Shown one piece after another: positions 27,848-40,875 of a stretch of 40,875 nucleotides of DNA. The DNA comes from a virus. Lineage: Duplodnaviria > Heunggongvirae > Uroviricota > Caudoviricetes. Every line of letters begins with the position of its first letter. Position 1 is the stretch's first letter. The stretch covers positions 1 to 40,875 of the IMG/VR virus record IMGVR_UViG_2563366845_000003. One strand, given 5' to 3'. The position numbers and the translations under genes were made by a program. The notes under the pieces are model-generated. The model made no database searches. It saw nothing but the letters and a program-made list of their open reading frames with translations, and was not told the DNA's origin.

Positions 27848-29266
27848 ATGCCGATTCAGCAACTTCCGCTTATGAAAGGTGTCGGCAAAGACTTCCGAAA
27901 CGCCGACTATATCGACTATCTGCCAGTGAATATGCTGGCTACACCCAAAGAAATCCTGAACAGCAGCGGATATCTTCGCTCATTCCCGGGCATTGCCAAA
28001 CGTTCTGATGTGAACGGTATATCGCGCGGCGTCGAGTACAACATGGCGCAGAGTGCTGTTTATCGCGTGTGTGGTGGCAAGCTGTATAAGGGCGAAAGTG
28101 AAGTCGGTGATGTTGCCGGAAGTGGTCGTGTATCAATGGCGCATGGTCGGACATCTCAGGCTGTAGGCGTTAATGGTCAACTGGTCGAGTATCGCTATGA
28201 TGGCACGGTTAAAACCGTCTCAAACTGGCCTACTGATAGCGGATTCACTCAGTATGAGTTAGGTTCAGTCCGCGACATTACACGCTTACGTGGGCGTTAT
28301 GCGTGGTCAAAAGACGGCACGGATTCATGGTTTATCACTGACCTTGAAGACGAATCGCATCCTGACCGTTACAGCGCACAATATCGCGCAGAATCGCAGC
28401 CGGACGGCATCCTCGGCATCGGAACATGGCGAGACTTCATCGTCTGCTTTGGTTCATCGACGATTGAATATTTCTCCCTGACTGGCGCAACCACCGTTGG
28501 TGCTGCTTTGTATGTCGCACAGCCATCACTGATGGTGCAAAAAGGCATCGCCGGGACTTACTGCAAAACGCCGTTTGCTGATTCGTATGCGTTCATCAGC
28601 AATCCGGCAACGGGTGCGCCGTCTGTGTATATCATCGGCTCCGGTCAGGTGTCACCAATTGCCAGCGCGAGCATTGAGAAAATCCTCCGCTCCTACACTG
28701 CTGATGAACTGGCTGATGGTGTGATGGAATCGCTGCGGTTTGATGCTCATGAGTTGCTGATTATCCACCTTCCTCGCCATGTTCTCGTGTACGACGCATC
28801 TTCAAGCGCCAATGGTCCGCAATGGTGCGTACTGAAAACAGGCCTGTATGACGATGTGTACCGCGCTATCGACTTCATTTACGAAGGCAATCAGATAACG
28901 TGCGGCGATAAGCTGGAATCGGTGACCGGGAAATTGCAATTCGATATCAGCAGTCAGTACGACAAGCAACAGGAACACCTGCTGTTTACTCCGTTGTTCA
29001 AAGCGGATAACGCCAGGGTGTTTGACTTTGAGGTTGAATCGTCAACTGGCGTTGCGCAGTACGCCGACCGCCTTTTTCTCTCTGCAACCACTGACGGCAT
29101 CAATTACGGACGTGAGCAGATGATTGAGCAGAATGAACCGTTCGTTTACGACAAACGCGTTTTGTGGAAGCGAGTCGGGCGCATCAGGAAAAATGTCGGA
29201 TTCAAATTGCGCGTTATCACGAAGTCACCTGTCACTCTGTCTGGCTGCCAGATAAGGATTGAGTAA
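27848..29266 (+). CDS. Tail accessory / head completion protein (P22 gp10-like)
   Basis: 472 aa; [49 protein letters not shown] ... matches P22 gp10. Confidence 0.9.
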   Translation: MPIQQLPLMKGVGKDFRNADYIDYLPVNMLATPKEILNSSGYLRSFPGIAKRSDVNGISRGVEYNMAQSAVYRVCGGKLYKGESEVGDVAGSGRVSMAHGRTSQAVGVNGQLVEYRYDGTVKTVSNWPTDSGFTQYELGSVRDITRLRGRYAWSKDGTDSWFITDLEDESHPDRYSAQYRAESQPDGILGIGTWRDFIVCFGSSTIEYFSLTGATTVGAALYVAQPSLMVQKGIAGTYCKTPFADSYAFISNPATGAPSVYIIGSGQVSPIASASIEKILRSYTADELADGVMESLRFDAHELLIIHLPRHVLVYDASSSANGPQWCVLKTGLYDDVYRAIDFIYEGNQITCGDKLESVTGKLQFDISSQYDKQQEHLLFTPLFKADNARVFDFEVESSTGVAQYADRLFLSATTDGINYGREQMIEQNEPFVYDKRVLWKRVGRIRKNVGFKLRVITKSPVTLSGCQIRIE

Positions 29267-30219
29267 TGGCTGATTCGAATCTCAATGAGCCAGTAATCAT
29301 CCAGGCTACGCGGCTCGATACATCAGTCCTTCCACGCAATATCTTCTCGCAGTCATATCTGCTGTACGTTATCGCACAGGGTGCTGATGTTGGTAACGTG
29401 GCAAACAAGGCCAACGAAGCAGGGAAGGGGGCTTATGATGCACAGGTGAAGAATGATGAGCAGGATGTCACCCTTGCAAACCATGAATCCAGAATTGAAG
29501 CTGCTGAAGCAACTCTCATCAATCATGAACATAGAATCGCAGAAGCGGAAAGCACTCTTGCAGATCATGAAACAAGGATTACGGCTGCCGAAACAGAGCT
29601 GGCTGATCACGAAACGCGAATTGCTGCCAATGAATCTGAGTTAGCAAACCATGATGCGCGCATAACTCAGAATACAACCGATATCGACGCACTTGATACC
29701 AGGCTCACAGCGGCAGAGGGAAGTATTTCGACGCTACAAAGCACAGTTGGTGATCACTCAACAAGAATATCTGCGCTTGAGTATGCCACCACGCGCAAGA
29801 AATCAGAGGTTGTTTACTCAGGGGTATCGGTAACAATTCCGACAGCGCCTACCAACCTTGTTAGTCTGCTGAAAACGCTCACGCCGTCATCCGGCACGTT
29901 GGCACCATTCTTCGACACCGTTAACAACAAGATGGTTGTGTTCAACGAGAACAAAACCTTGTTCTTCAAGCTGTCGATCGTCGGGACGTGGCCCAGCGGA
30001 ACCGCCAACAGGTCAATGCAGCTAACCTTTTCCGGCTCTGTTCCTGACACACTTGTGAGCAGTCGTAATGCGGCTACAACAACCGACAACATCCTGTTAG
30101 CTACGTTCTTCAGCGTGGATAAAGACGGCTTTCTTGCCACAAATGGCAGTACGTTAACCATTCAGTCAAATGGTGCGGCGTTTACTGCCACAACCATCAA
30201 GATAATCGCGGAGCAGTAA
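29266..30219 (+). CDS. Tail needle protein (P22 gp26-like) with extended C-terminal domain
   Basis: N-terminus [39 protein letters not shown] matches gp26; heptad-type HE-RI repeats (coiled coil); 317 aa against about 233 aa for P22 gp26. Confidence 0.8.
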   Translation: MADSNLNEPVIIQATRLDTSVLPRNIFSQSYLLYVIAQGADVGNVANKANEAGKGAYDAQVKNDEQDVTLANHESRIEAAEATLINHEHRIAEAESTLADHETRITAAETELADHETRIAANESELANHDARITQNTTDIDALDTRLTAAEGSISTLQSTVGDHSTRISALEYATTRKKSEVVYSGVSVTIPTAPTNLVSLLKTLTPSSGTLAPFFDTVNNKMVVFNENKTLFFKLSIVGTWPSGTANRSMQLTFSGSVPDTLVSSRNAATTTDNILLATFFSVDKDGFLATNGSTLTIQSNGAAFTATTIKIIAEQ

Positions 30220-30674
30220 TGATTCAGTTCAAACCAACGCGAAACATCGACCTGATCGAAGCAGTCGGAAATCATCCTGACATTATCGCCGGGAGCAACA
30301 ACGGCGATGGATACGACTACAAACCTGAATGCCGTTACTTTGAAGTGAACGTGCACGGGCAGTTCGGCGGCATTGTTTACTATCAGGAGATTCAGCCGCT
30401 GACATTCGATTGCCACGCCATGTACCTGCCAGAGTTTCGTGGATTCAGCAAGGAAATCGGGCTGGCGTTCTGGCGATACATTCTGACTAACACCACTGTT
30501 CAGTGTGTCACATCGTTCGCTGCACGCAAATTCCGCCACGGGCAGATGTACTGCGCAATGATTGGCCTTAATCGTGTAGGAACCATCAAGAAATACTTCA
30601 AAGGCGTGGATGACGTGACGTTTTACAGCGCCACACGCGAAGAACTAACCGACTTCCTGAATCACGGGAGATAG
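30219..30674 (+). CDS. Virion protein in the gp14 position (P22 gp14-like ejection/assembly protein)
   Basis: 151 aa ORF directly after the tail needle gene, as in P22 gene order. Confidence 0.55.
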   Translation: MIQFKPTRNIDLIEAVGNHPDIIAGSNNGDGYDYKPECRYFEVNVHGQFGGIVYYQEIQPLTFDCHAMYLPEFRGFSKEIGLAFWRYILTNTTVQCVTSFAARKFRHGQMYCAMIGLNRVGTIKKYFKGVDDVTFYSATREELTDFLNHGR

Positions 30675-30676
30675 CC

Positions 30677-31369
30677 ATGTTATATGCATTTAAGCTGGGC
30701 AGAAAACTGCGCGGCGAGGAACCTTATTGCCCTGAAAAAGGCGGGAAAGGTGGCAGTTCTGATAAAAGCGCAAAGTATGCAGCAGAAGCTCAGAAGTATG
30801 CCGCAGACCTGCAAAATCAGCAGTGGCAGACGATCATGAAAAACCTTGCTCCGTTCACGCCGCTTGCGGAGCAGTATGTTAACCAGCTTCAGAATCTTTC
30901 CAGTTTAGAAGGACAGGGGCAGGCACTTAATCAGTATTACAACTCTCAGCAGTATAAAGACCTTGCAGGTCAGGCGCGTTACCAGAGTCTTGCTGCTGCG
31001 GAGGCGACTGGGGGACTTGGCTCGACAGCCACAAGCAATCAACTGGCCACGATTGCCCCGACTCTCGGTCAATCGTGGTTGTCAAACCAGATGAGCAACT
31101 ACAACAATCTGGCAAACATTGGCCTTGGTGCGCTGCAAGGTCAGGCGAACGCCGGGCAGACATACGCCAACAACATGAGCAGCATTGCACAGCAAAGCGC
31201 TGCACTTGCCGCTGCTAATGCCAATAAACCATCAAGTCTTCAGACCGCAATTAGCGGTGGAACGTCTGGTGCGATTGCCGGTGCAGGTCTCGCCAGCCTT
31301 TTGGGAACATCAACACCTTGGGGCGCTGGCATTGGTGCTGGTATCGGATTGCTTGGCTCGTTGATTTAA
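30677..31369 (+). CDS. Ejection protein (P22 gp7-like)
   Basis: 230 aa; MLYAFKLGRKLRGEEPYCPEKGGKGGSSDKSAKYAAEAQKYAADLQNQQW; Gly/Ala-rich C-terminus. Confidence 0.75.
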   Translation: MLYAFKLGRKLRGEEPYCPEKGGKGGSSDKSAKYAAEAQKYAADLQNQQWQTIMKNLAPFTPLAEQYVNQLQNLSSLEGQGQALNQYYNSQQYKDLAGQARYQSLAAAEATGGLGSTATSNQLATIAPTLGQSWLSNQMSNYNNLANIGLGALQGQANAGQTYANNMSSIAQQSAALAAANANKPSSLQTAISGGTSGAIAGAGLASLLGTSTPWGAGIGAGIGLLGSLI

Positions 31370-31378
31370 GGGGTAATC

Positions 31379-34224
<2,846 letters not shown>

Positions 34225-34634
34225 CGTTCAGCACCGCGCTTGATTCTCTCAACGAGATAGAGCAAAGCCCCGGCCTTTCAAAAGCAGTAGGAATTCGCTC
34301 AGCGTTTCCGACAGTCCCTGGCTCTGATGCGGCTAACTTTGAAGCAAGGCTCGACACCTTTAAAGCTCAAACATTCCTTCCTATGGTGCAGTCCCTGAAG
34401 GGTATGGGCGCTCTTTCAGATGCTGAGGGTAAAAAATTATCCGATGCGGTTGGTGCCCTAAGCCCCAAAATGAGTGAAAAGGCTTTTCGTGACTCTATCG
34501 GAAAGATTAGAAATCAGCTTGAAAGCAAGTTGAGCACTGTTAAAAAACAGTTTGATTATCAGGAGCCAGTACAGAATACGCCAGCGCAACAACCTACTAC
34601 TGGCAGTAACTTTTCTTCACTATGGGGTGATTAA
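34225..34634 (+). pseudogene. Ejection protein gene (P22 gp20-like), 3' fragment downstream of the IS
   Basis: Continues the gp20 frame (…GAVDTF | STALDSLNEIEQ…) after the right target-site duplication copy; stop overlaps the gp16 start. Confidence 0.7.
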
Positions 34635-36643
34635 TGGCTAAAGCATGGAAAGATGTTATCGCCTCTCCACAGTATCAGGCGTTAGCACCAGAACAAAAAG
34701 CGCAGGCTCAGGAGCAATACTTCAATGAAGTCGTGGCCCCGCAAGCCGGAGAAAATGCAGAGCAGGCTAAGCAAGCTTTCTATGCTGCCTATCCATTGCC
34801 ATCTGTGCAGCCAGTGGATACACAGCAACCAGTAGCACAGCAACAACCACAGCAACAACCACAGCAAAGTGGATTTATGTCTGATCTTGGTGAAGCCGTG
34901 AAAGAAACTGGTCGCGGACTGGTGCAGGCTGGCGTGAACGTGGCAAACATACCTGCATCAGTTGCCGATGCTGTAACAAGCGCGGCGGCTTGGGCTGGCG
35001 GTAAACTCGGAATTGGCGATGGGACATATCACCCAGCGCCACGAGTAACAACGCAGGGATTAGAGCAGGACTTTGGCCTTCAGCAAGGCGCGCTGACTCC
35101 ACAAACTACAGAGGGCAGGGTATTTGCTGAGGCATTGCCTTACCTCACTCCTGCTGGCATTGAGAGAGCGGCAACACAGGCACCAACACTCGCTGGTAGA
35201 ATCGCTCAGGGTGCAACTCGCCTTCTCGCTGAAAACGCAGTCGGGTCACTTGCTGCAAATAGTGCGAAAGATGATGCGGAAGCCCTCGCCACCGATTTAG
35301 GTGTTGGCGTTCTGGCAGGCGGCGCTATTAACGCTGCTGGACGTGGATTAGGTGCTGCTTATCGTGGCGTTAGTGGTGCTATTGCGCCAGAAGCGCAGCA
35401 GGCTATCAGATTTGCAGAGCGTGAAGGAGTTCCTCTGCACACCACAGACCTGTTACAGCCTACTTCCCGCGTCGGGAAAATGGCGCAGACGACAGCGGAA
35501 AATATCCCCCTGGCTGGCACAAGCGGAATGAGAGCAACGCAACAGGAAGCGAGAAGCCAGTTGGTGCAGAGATTTGCTGATAAATTCGGTGAGTATGATC
35601 CAGCTGTTGTTATTGACAGCCTTAAAGCGAAAACATCAGGAATTCGTCGTGCTGCAGGGAACCGTCTTGAGCAGGTTCAGAATGCAATGGCGGGAGTCAA
35701 TATCCAGCCTGCGCGAGCAATTCAGCAGATTGATACTGAGATATCTAACCTGCAGAAGCTTGGTAAGGTTGCTGATAACGAGACTATTTCAAAACTTCAA
35801 TCATATCGTGATGAACTTGTTCGCAATGCTGGTCCTGATGGTCCGGTAAATCTGGATTTGAAGCAATTAAGCGACCTGCGCAGCCAGTTCAGAATGGACG
35901 TGAAAGGTGAGCGACCAGTGTTACCAAACCGTTCCGATGCTGCCATTCAGCGCGTTTACAAGGCAATGACCGACGATATCAATGGTGCCATTGGTCAGAA
36001 TCTTGGCAACGATACTCTCCGTAAATATCAGCAGGCCAATGCCGTCTACGCTGACGAAGCGGCGAAACTAAAGAATACCAGGCTGAAGAATGTTCTCATG
36101 AAAGGCGACCTGACGCCGGAAGTTGTCAACAACATGCTATTCAGCAAGAACAAATCGGAAATTAAGACTCTGTATAACTCAGTTGGTCGTGTTGGCAGGA
36201 CGCAAATGCGCAATGGCATCATTGGAAAGGCGATGGAGAAATCTGGCGGATCCCCTGACCAGTTCCTTCGGCAGCTTAACATCCTGCAAAACCAGACTGG
36301 CATCACATTTAAGGGGCAGGACGCTGCTTATCTGAAAGGATTAAAAAACTACCTGCAATCCACGCAGCAGGCTGCAAAAGCGGCAGTAACAACACCCACA
36401 GGGCAGCAAACTATCCCGTTCATAATTGGGTATGGGACGGCAATGAACCCGGCTACAACTGGCGCAGCAGTAAGCTACGGACTTCTTACTCGCGCCTATG
36501 AGAGCGAGCCATTCAGAAATGCAATGCTCCGAATGGCAAACACCCCACGCGGATCAACAGCGTTTGAGAAAGCCATGCAGCAGGCGCAAAAGGCCATTAA
36601 CGCCCTTACTCAGGGGGCTAAGTCTGATGCGTTGTCAGAATAG
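34634..36643 (+). CDS. Ejection / DNA transfer protein (P22 gp16-like)
   Basis: 669 aa in the gp16 position; contains a Gln/Pro-rich low-complexity tract (QQQPQQQPQQ). Confidence 0.75.
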   Translation: MAKAWKDVIASPQYQALAPEQKAQAQEQYFNEVVAPQAGENAEQAKQAFYAAYPLPSVQPVDTQQPVAQQQPQQQPQQSGFMSDLGEAVKETGRGLVQAGVNVANIPASVADAVTSAAAWAGGKLGIGDGTYHPAPRVTTQGLEQDFGLQQGALTPQTTEGRVFAEALPYLTPAGIERAATQAPTLAGRIAQGATRLLAENAVGSLAANSAKDDAEALATDLGVGVLAGGAINAAGRGLGAAYRGVSGAIAPEAQQAIRFAEREGVPLHTTDLLQPTSRVGKMAQTTAENIPLAGTSGMRATQQEARSQLVQRFADKFGEYDPAVVIDSLKAKTSGIRRAAGNRLEQVQNAMAGVNIQPARAIQQIDTEISNLQKLGKVADNETISKLQSYRDELVRNAGPDGPVNLDLKQLSDLRSQFRMDVKGERPVLPNRSDAAIQRVYKAMTDDINGAIGQNLGNDTLRKYQQANAVYADEAAKLKNTRLKNVLMKGDLTPEVVNNMLFSKNKSEIKTLYNSVGRVGRTQMRNGIIGKAMEKSGGSPDQFLRQLNILQNQTGITFKGQDAAYLKGLKNYLQSTQQAAKAAVTTPTGQQTIPFIIGYGTAMNPATTGAAVSYGLLTRAYESEPFRNAMLRMANTPRGSTAFEKAMQQAQKAINALTQGAKSDALSE

Positions 36644-36733
36644 CTTTTCAAACACCAGGAACGTGCAAAAACCAAATATGTAGAACGCGAGGTTTATCGT
36701 ATCCCTCTGCATAGGCGATACCTTTGCTGATTG

Positions 36734-37219
36734 TTATCTGATGTTACTGCTACTGTTGCATGTGACTGTATTTCCAAACCCTGAATTGCAGTTTGTGTAA
36801 GTGTCAACGCGTGTTGGGTAAGGTTGAGTTATAACAGGCTGGCGCGCTTTTTGCTCGATAGCTTGCATTGTGTTTACAGCCTGATAATTCAATAAAGCCT
36901 GCTGGAATGCTTGGCTTTGTGCTATTTGTTGGGCTTGTTCTTGGCTTTGTAATTGAACATAAAGATTCTGAAGCTCAAGTCTTGCCTGCGCGTCACTTAT
37001 CTTGCCATCATCGACACCTTGCCCGAGCATCTTCGCAGCAAGGACATATAACTTAGGTGTTGGTGCTGATGCCATGCGTGAGTCGCTCTTCACGCTAGCA
37101 TCAAGGCAATTAGCCATATCGCTAAGCTTTGGATAGCGTTGTTCGCAACTTGCCTGATAGTCGCTAACCTTTGCACACCCTGCCAGCAGAAGCGGGATAA
37201 TTAACAGTGATTTTTTCAT
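36734..37219 (-). CDS. Hypothetical lipoprotein (161 aa) with Gln-rich central region
   Basis: ATG at 37217..37219 with strong AAGGAGAG Shine-Dalgarno; signal peptide plus lipobox LLAGC; track ORF begins 10 codons upstream. Confidence 0.7.
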   Translation of the reverse strand: MKKSLLIIPLLLAGCAKVSDYQASCEQRYPKLSDMANCLDASVKSDSRMASAPTPKLYVLAAKMLGQGVDDGKISDAQARLELQNLYVQLQSQEQAQQIAQSQAFQQALLNYQAVNTMQAIEQKARQPVITQPYPTRVDTYTNCNSGFGNTVTCNSSSNIR

Positions 37220-37353
37220 ATGATTAACTCTCCTTATCTTTGCCATCATGGCACTGTTGGGTGTAAATGAGTTATTAACTCAATCGACAATATCTTCACG
37301 AAAATACTTTTTATTATTAAGATCTTTCTGATTCTAACAAAACGGAAAGTAAT

Positions 37354-37773
37354 ATGAAGAGGATTATCGGCGTCGTTGCTGGCGCTATATTGTTATCTGG
37401 GTGCGCAACTATTGTTGGTGACGAAACACAGCTTGTGCAAGTGAACAGCAATCCTTCCGGTGCGAGCTTTAAGGTAAAAGACGAATCCGGCGTGATTGTT
37501 GCGCAAGGTAAGACTCCGCAAGGAGTAACTCTTGCCAAGTCAGATGGTAGTTATTTTGGCAAAAAGAGCTACCATATCACTATGGAAAAGGATGGGTACG
37601 AACCAGTTACCCTGCCAATCAAAGCCAATGCTAATGGTTGGTATATTGGTGGAAACCTTGTGTTTGGTGGGTTAATTGGTTGGCTTGCTGTAGATCCTTT
37701 TAATGGTGGGATGTATACCTTGAAGCCAAAAGAGGCAAACGCATCTCTTATACCATCAACAAAGCAAGACTAA
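37354..37773 (+). CDS. Hypothetical lipoprotein (139 aa), PEGA-like beta-rich domain
   Basis: Signal peptide with lipobox LLSGC; Gly-rich C-terminal segment; followed by a terminator. Confidence 0.7.
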   Translation: MKRIIGVVAGAILLSGCATIVGDETQLVQVNSNPSGASFKVKDESGVIVAQGKTPQGVTLAKSDGSYFGKKSYHITMEKDGYEPVTLPIKANANGWYIGGNLVFGGLIGWLAVDPFNGGMYTLKPKEANASLIPSTKQD

Positions 37774-37782
37774 TAAATAGGA

Positions 37783-37804
37783 CCCACCTTCAGGTGGGTT
37801 TTTT
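37783..37804. terminator. Bidirectional intrinsic terminator between the convergent lipoprotein and mnt genes
   Basis: CCCACC-ttca-GGTGGG followed by TTTTTT on the plus strand; overlaps the mnt stop codon. Confidence 0.7.
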
Positions 37805-38041
37805 GTACAAATCCTTCAGCGTATCAAACACCATCTTCTTAACAAGTTCAGACTGCTCATCAGCGATGCGTTCCGCATCGTCTCGATAGCCTGAAATTTT
37901 GGATGGCTTTGATACAGCATCAGTCACTATCTGAACTAATTCTGAATTAAGAGAGCGGCCATTGGATTTGGCTCGCTGTTTTAGTTTTTCCTTTAATTCG
38001 TAAGGTAGCCGCAGATTAAATTGCGGGTCATCTCTTCCCAT
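37790..38041 (-). CDS. mnt: Mnt repressor (P22 immI ribbon-helix-helix repressor)
   Basis: 83 aa MGRDDPQFNLRLPYELKEKLKQRAKSNGRSLNSELVQIVTDAVSKPS ... ERIADEQSELVKKMVFDTLKDLYKKPT closely matches P22 Mnt as recalled. Confidence 0.85.
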   Translation of the reverse strand: MGRDDPQFNLRLPYELKEKLKQRAKSNGRSLNSELVQIVTDAVSKPSKISGYRDDAERIADEQSELVKKMVFDTLKDLYKKPT

Positions 38042-38104
38042 TCTTGATGCCTCGCTTTTGTGAGTGGATCGGCATCTTATTATCTGCTGGTTGCATCCTC
38101 AATA

Positions 38105-38119
38105 AGACCACAGTGGTCT
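38105..38119. promoter_or_regulatory. Candidate Mnt operator: perfect palindrome AGACCAC-A-GTGGTCT
   Basis: 15 bp palindrome between divergent mnt and tailspike; resembles the P22 Omnt half-site (GGTCCAC); flanked by a second inverted repeat GATGCC-N19-GGCATC. Confidence 0.55.
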
Positions 38120-38187
38120 CTTTGTTTGATTAATAATGCATCACTGTGGCAATGCTGCGGCGATTCCTTGTATCTGGAGCAAATTAA

Positions 38188-40875
38188 ATGACAGACATTA
38201 CAGCCAATGTTGTAGTGAGTATGCCTTCGCAACTCTTCACTATGGCTCGTTCTTTTAAAGCCGTAGCCAATGGCAAAATTTATATCGGTAAAATTGACAC
38301 TGACCCGGTAAATCCTGAAAACCAGATTCAGGTTTATGTGGAGAATGAGGATGGTTCTCACGCTCCTGTATCGCAACCAATCATCATTAACGCTGCTGGT
38401 TACCCGGTATATAACGGACAGATTGCCAAATTCGTTACCGTGCAAGGCCATTCTATGGCTGTTTATGATGCGTATGGTGCGCAGCAGTTCTATTTTCCTA
38501 ATGTGCTGAAGTATGACCCTGATCAGTCATTGAAATATGTAGAAGGGGCATTGCTTGTTACTGACTTAGGTAATGGGACGTTTAAGAATAGTAGAAAAGA
38601 CGTTGCCATTGGGGATAATCTAACAGGAACCAATTTTATTAGAATAAACGGCGGCGTCTATAAATGCACTCCAGTTGCAACTGGAATTGTTACTGAGATC
38701 AAACATAGATACATTATCGCAGGCGGGGTTAAAAGCTACCTGTCTCATATTTCTAGGCATGTCAGTGGTACGCGTAGGCCGCTGAACTGGAAATTAGAAT
38801 TCAGCATCATAGACGATGAGATTACCGCAGATCTTAAAGATCAGTATGGTTACACGACCATGGGATTTCAGGGGATTTACATAGACAGCAATGATGGAAT
38901 GGTATACATCGGCTGGCAGACGCTAGACCCCGCATCGGTATGGGTTACGGTGCATGACTGGATAACAGGAGCATTGGTAACACGTCTTCATTTTCCGAAT
39001 AACGTTGGTGCACCAGAAGGCATCCACGTTTACCGAGTGGCAGGACAGCGTTACATCCTGCTGCCGTACAGCCCATCTCGCACTATCAGAATTTACCCTA
39101 TCGAAGATCCGCGTACGCTGGTTGATAAAACGCAGATTACAAACTTCACTGAATCAACACCCCTTGGAGTGCGATATCAGTTTAGTGGCTTTGGTAATAC
39201 CCTGATATACGAAAATGCGGATATGGGTTGGCCGAAAATTTTTGATGTTGAGACAGGTGTATCCAATATCTTTAACACACTGGATATTAACAGCCTTATA
39301 GAAGGATCTTACAGTCCAATGGGGACTATTACGGTTGATGCAAATGTTGGAGGTCGCGGAGCCGGTAAACCAAAACGGCAGGGTGTCGCTCTTGGTTCTC
39401 AACGGATATTTGCTGGTATTGGTGCATCTACCACGGCGGGATCTGGAAATACTTTCGCAGGGTTGCAGGGTTATATTGAGTACAGCCTTAATGGTTCAGA
39501 ATTAGGTCAGTACCTGCTGTCACCTGCAGATTTCAAAACATACTGGGATAGTTATTCAGGGAAGAGTGTTTACTCCACTGAAAATGAGGGGGTGCAGTCT
39601 TGTGATATTTCTGGCTCTGAGGAATTGTATCTTCTACAGTCTATTCGCTATGACAATGGGGGCGGATCAAATTATAGGACTTTAAACATCATTCGCGCTA
39701 ACTGTCCATCTAATGAACCTGGAACAGTAGACATGACTCCGCTATCCAATGCCTCATCACAGTTATTTAACCCTCGCGGAAGGGTGATTAACGCTGGCCG
39801 TCACCCTGTAAACCCGGCTGATGGTATTGCGCTATTTACATCGGCACAGGCTATTTGTGACTATTTGCGGAATACAGATGCAGGTAGATATGTGACATAT
39901 CTTGAACAGGATATGCCACTGTTTGAAGGTGGGCCATCTGCGCCAGGACAGATGACGCTGCCAGCATTCTGCCTATTGCAGATCGACTTCATCAACGGCG
40001 ATACCTGGGAAATTACAGTTAATGGAACTAACAGGGCTAATAATTATACAGGAAGGATTTCCAAAAACGGCGGGTACAACTCTTTTACTAAGGTGTCCTC
40101 CCGCAGCATGTCGATTCTCGGATCCCCTGGTCTGGTTGATGTATCAATTCGCTCACCTAACTCACTAAATCTTCCAGAATTTGCTGGAGACTGGTCTACT
40201 GGTGTAAGTGTAGGAGCTGCAGGTGGGGTGACAAACTGGCAGCCAGAAGGAACAGGTAACGGAGCATTATGGGAGTCAGGATATGCAAAAAACCGTGTGT
40301 TGCAGATATTCATGTCCACAACATCAAAACTGTTCTTCCGCTACGCAGACGATGCTATTCGCGCAGGTAACACAGGCTGGGCTGAGGCATGGTCGTCGCT
40401 GAACACGACCGTCGATTCAAGTGGTTTCATCAAAAAAGCCTCTCCGGTTGTGAAGATTTTCTCAGACGGTAGTAGTGAAACAAATCGCGAATCAGATGGG
40501 GTAACCGTCACACGGCTGGCATTGGGTGAATATCTGATTGAGGGTTGCGTAGGTCTGAATGCAGATGCTTCATGGGGGGGGATTGATGGTGGATTTGAAA
40601 TACCGCAGGACCGAAACAAGCAGCCGCTCATCTGGCTGGATTATGTTGTTAACCAAGATGGATCTGTGTTGGTGAAAACGTTTCACCGCACTCATGATAA
40701 CTCGCCCGTTTTTGCACGTAACGACATCCCTGGTGTTTCGAACGGTGACCCGATCGACATTCCTGCTAATCAATTCGTTTCTGTGCGAGTACAGATGCCT
40801 GAGGATTCTGCATGGAATAAGCTTAAGGAACAACTAAATAAGGCTGAATTGATAGAAGATGATGTTGTGGAATAG
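38188..40875 (+). CDS. Tailspike protein: P22 gp9-like N-terminal head-binding domain fused to a different receptor-binding domain
   Basis: First ~110 aa ([60 protein letters not shown] ... NVLKYDPDQ) match the P22 tailspike head-binding domain; the rest does not resemble the P22 endorhamnosidase domain; GGAG Shine-Dalgarno; stop codon is the last three bases of the window. Confidence 0.85.
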   Translation: MTDITANVVVSMPSQLFTMARSFKAVANGKIYIGKIDTDPVNPENQIQVYVENEDGSHAPVSQPIIINAAGYPVYNGQIAKFVTVQGHSMAVYDAYGAQQFYFPNVLKYDPDQSLKYVEGALLVTDLGNGTFKNSRKDVAIGDNLTGTNFIRINGGVYKCTPVATGIVTEIKHRYIIAGGVKSYLSHISRHVSGTRRPLNWKLEFSIIDDEITADLKDQYGYTTMGFQGIYIDSNDGMVYIGWQTLDPASVWVTVHDWITGALVTRLHFPNNVGAPEGIHVYRVAGQRYILLPYSPSRTIRIYPIEDPRTLVDKTQITNFTESTPLGVRYQFSGFGNTLIYENADMGWPKIFDVETGVSNIFNTLDINSLIEGSYSPMGTITVDANVGGRGAGKPKRQGVALGSQRIFAGIGASTTAGSGNTFAGLQGYIEYSLNGSELGQYLLSPADFKTYWDSYSGKSVYSTENEGVQSCDISGSEELYLLQSIRYDNGGGSNYRTLNIIRANCPSNEPGTVDMTPLSNASSQLFNPRGRVINAGRHPVNPADGIALFTSAQAICDYLRNTDAGRYVTYLEQDMPLFEGGPSAPGQMTLPAFCLLQIDFINGDTWEITVNGTNRANNYTGRISKNGGYNSFTKVSSRSMSILGSPGLVDVSIRSPNSLNLPEFAGDWSTGVSVGAAGGVTNWQPEGTGNGALWESGYAKNRVLQIFMSTTSKLFFRYADDAIRAGNTGWAEAWSSLNTTVDSSGFIKKASPVVKIFSDGSSETNRESDGVTVTRLALGEYLIEGCVGLNADASWGGIDGGFEIPQDRNKQPLIWLDYVVNQDGSVLVKTFHRTHDNSPVFARNDIPGVSNGDPIDIPANQFVSVRVQMPEDSAWNKLKEQLNKAELIEDDVVE

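Noticed and set aside
34780-34870. Gln/Pro-rich low-complexity DNA repeat (cagcaacaaccacagcaacaaccacagcaa)
   Set aside because: In frame within the gp16-like ejection protein; read as a flexible linker rather than a separate element.
38080-38451. 123 aa minus-strand ORF overlapping the tailspike start and the mnt-tailspike intergenic region
   Set aside because: Antisense to the well-supported tailspike N-terminus and spanning the operator region; no Shine-Dalgarno.

Overview
The window starts in the host gene ybhC (1..1284, minus strand), crosses a lambda-type attL core (GCTTTTTTATACTAA, 1331..1345) and then runs to the window end inside one mosaic lambdoid prophage; attR is not in the window. 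All calls rest on reading the ORF translations, motifs and hairpins by eye; no homology search was run. Layout: lambda-type int/xis (1419..2685), a leftward early operon of small accessory genes, RecT recombinase, Kil-like and cIII-like genes (2957..7520), an accessory cassette downstream of a P22-type N (7745..9094), a hybrid cI / Cro / cII immunity region with P22-type nutL and nutR, an O-like initiator with iterons and a DnaB-like helicase, a nin region (ninB, Dam methyltransferase, ninE, ninF, HNH endonuclease, RusA), lambda Q with pR', lambda S/R/Rz/Rz1 lysis genes, then P22-like packaging and head genes (terminase, portal, scaffold, coat, gp4, gp10, gp26, gp14, gp7, gp20, gp16), an Mnt repressor and a chimeric tailspike ending at 40875. 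The ejection gene gp20 is split by a 1954 bp IS21-family element (IS100-like, 32271..34224). The best candidates for an undescribed function are the two-gene cassette downstream of N (7745..8783), the divergent lipoprotein pair that replaces sieA/arc/ant (36734..37773), and the small-gene cluster between the Ea22-like genes and recT. No CRISPR array, tRNA or rRNA was seen.
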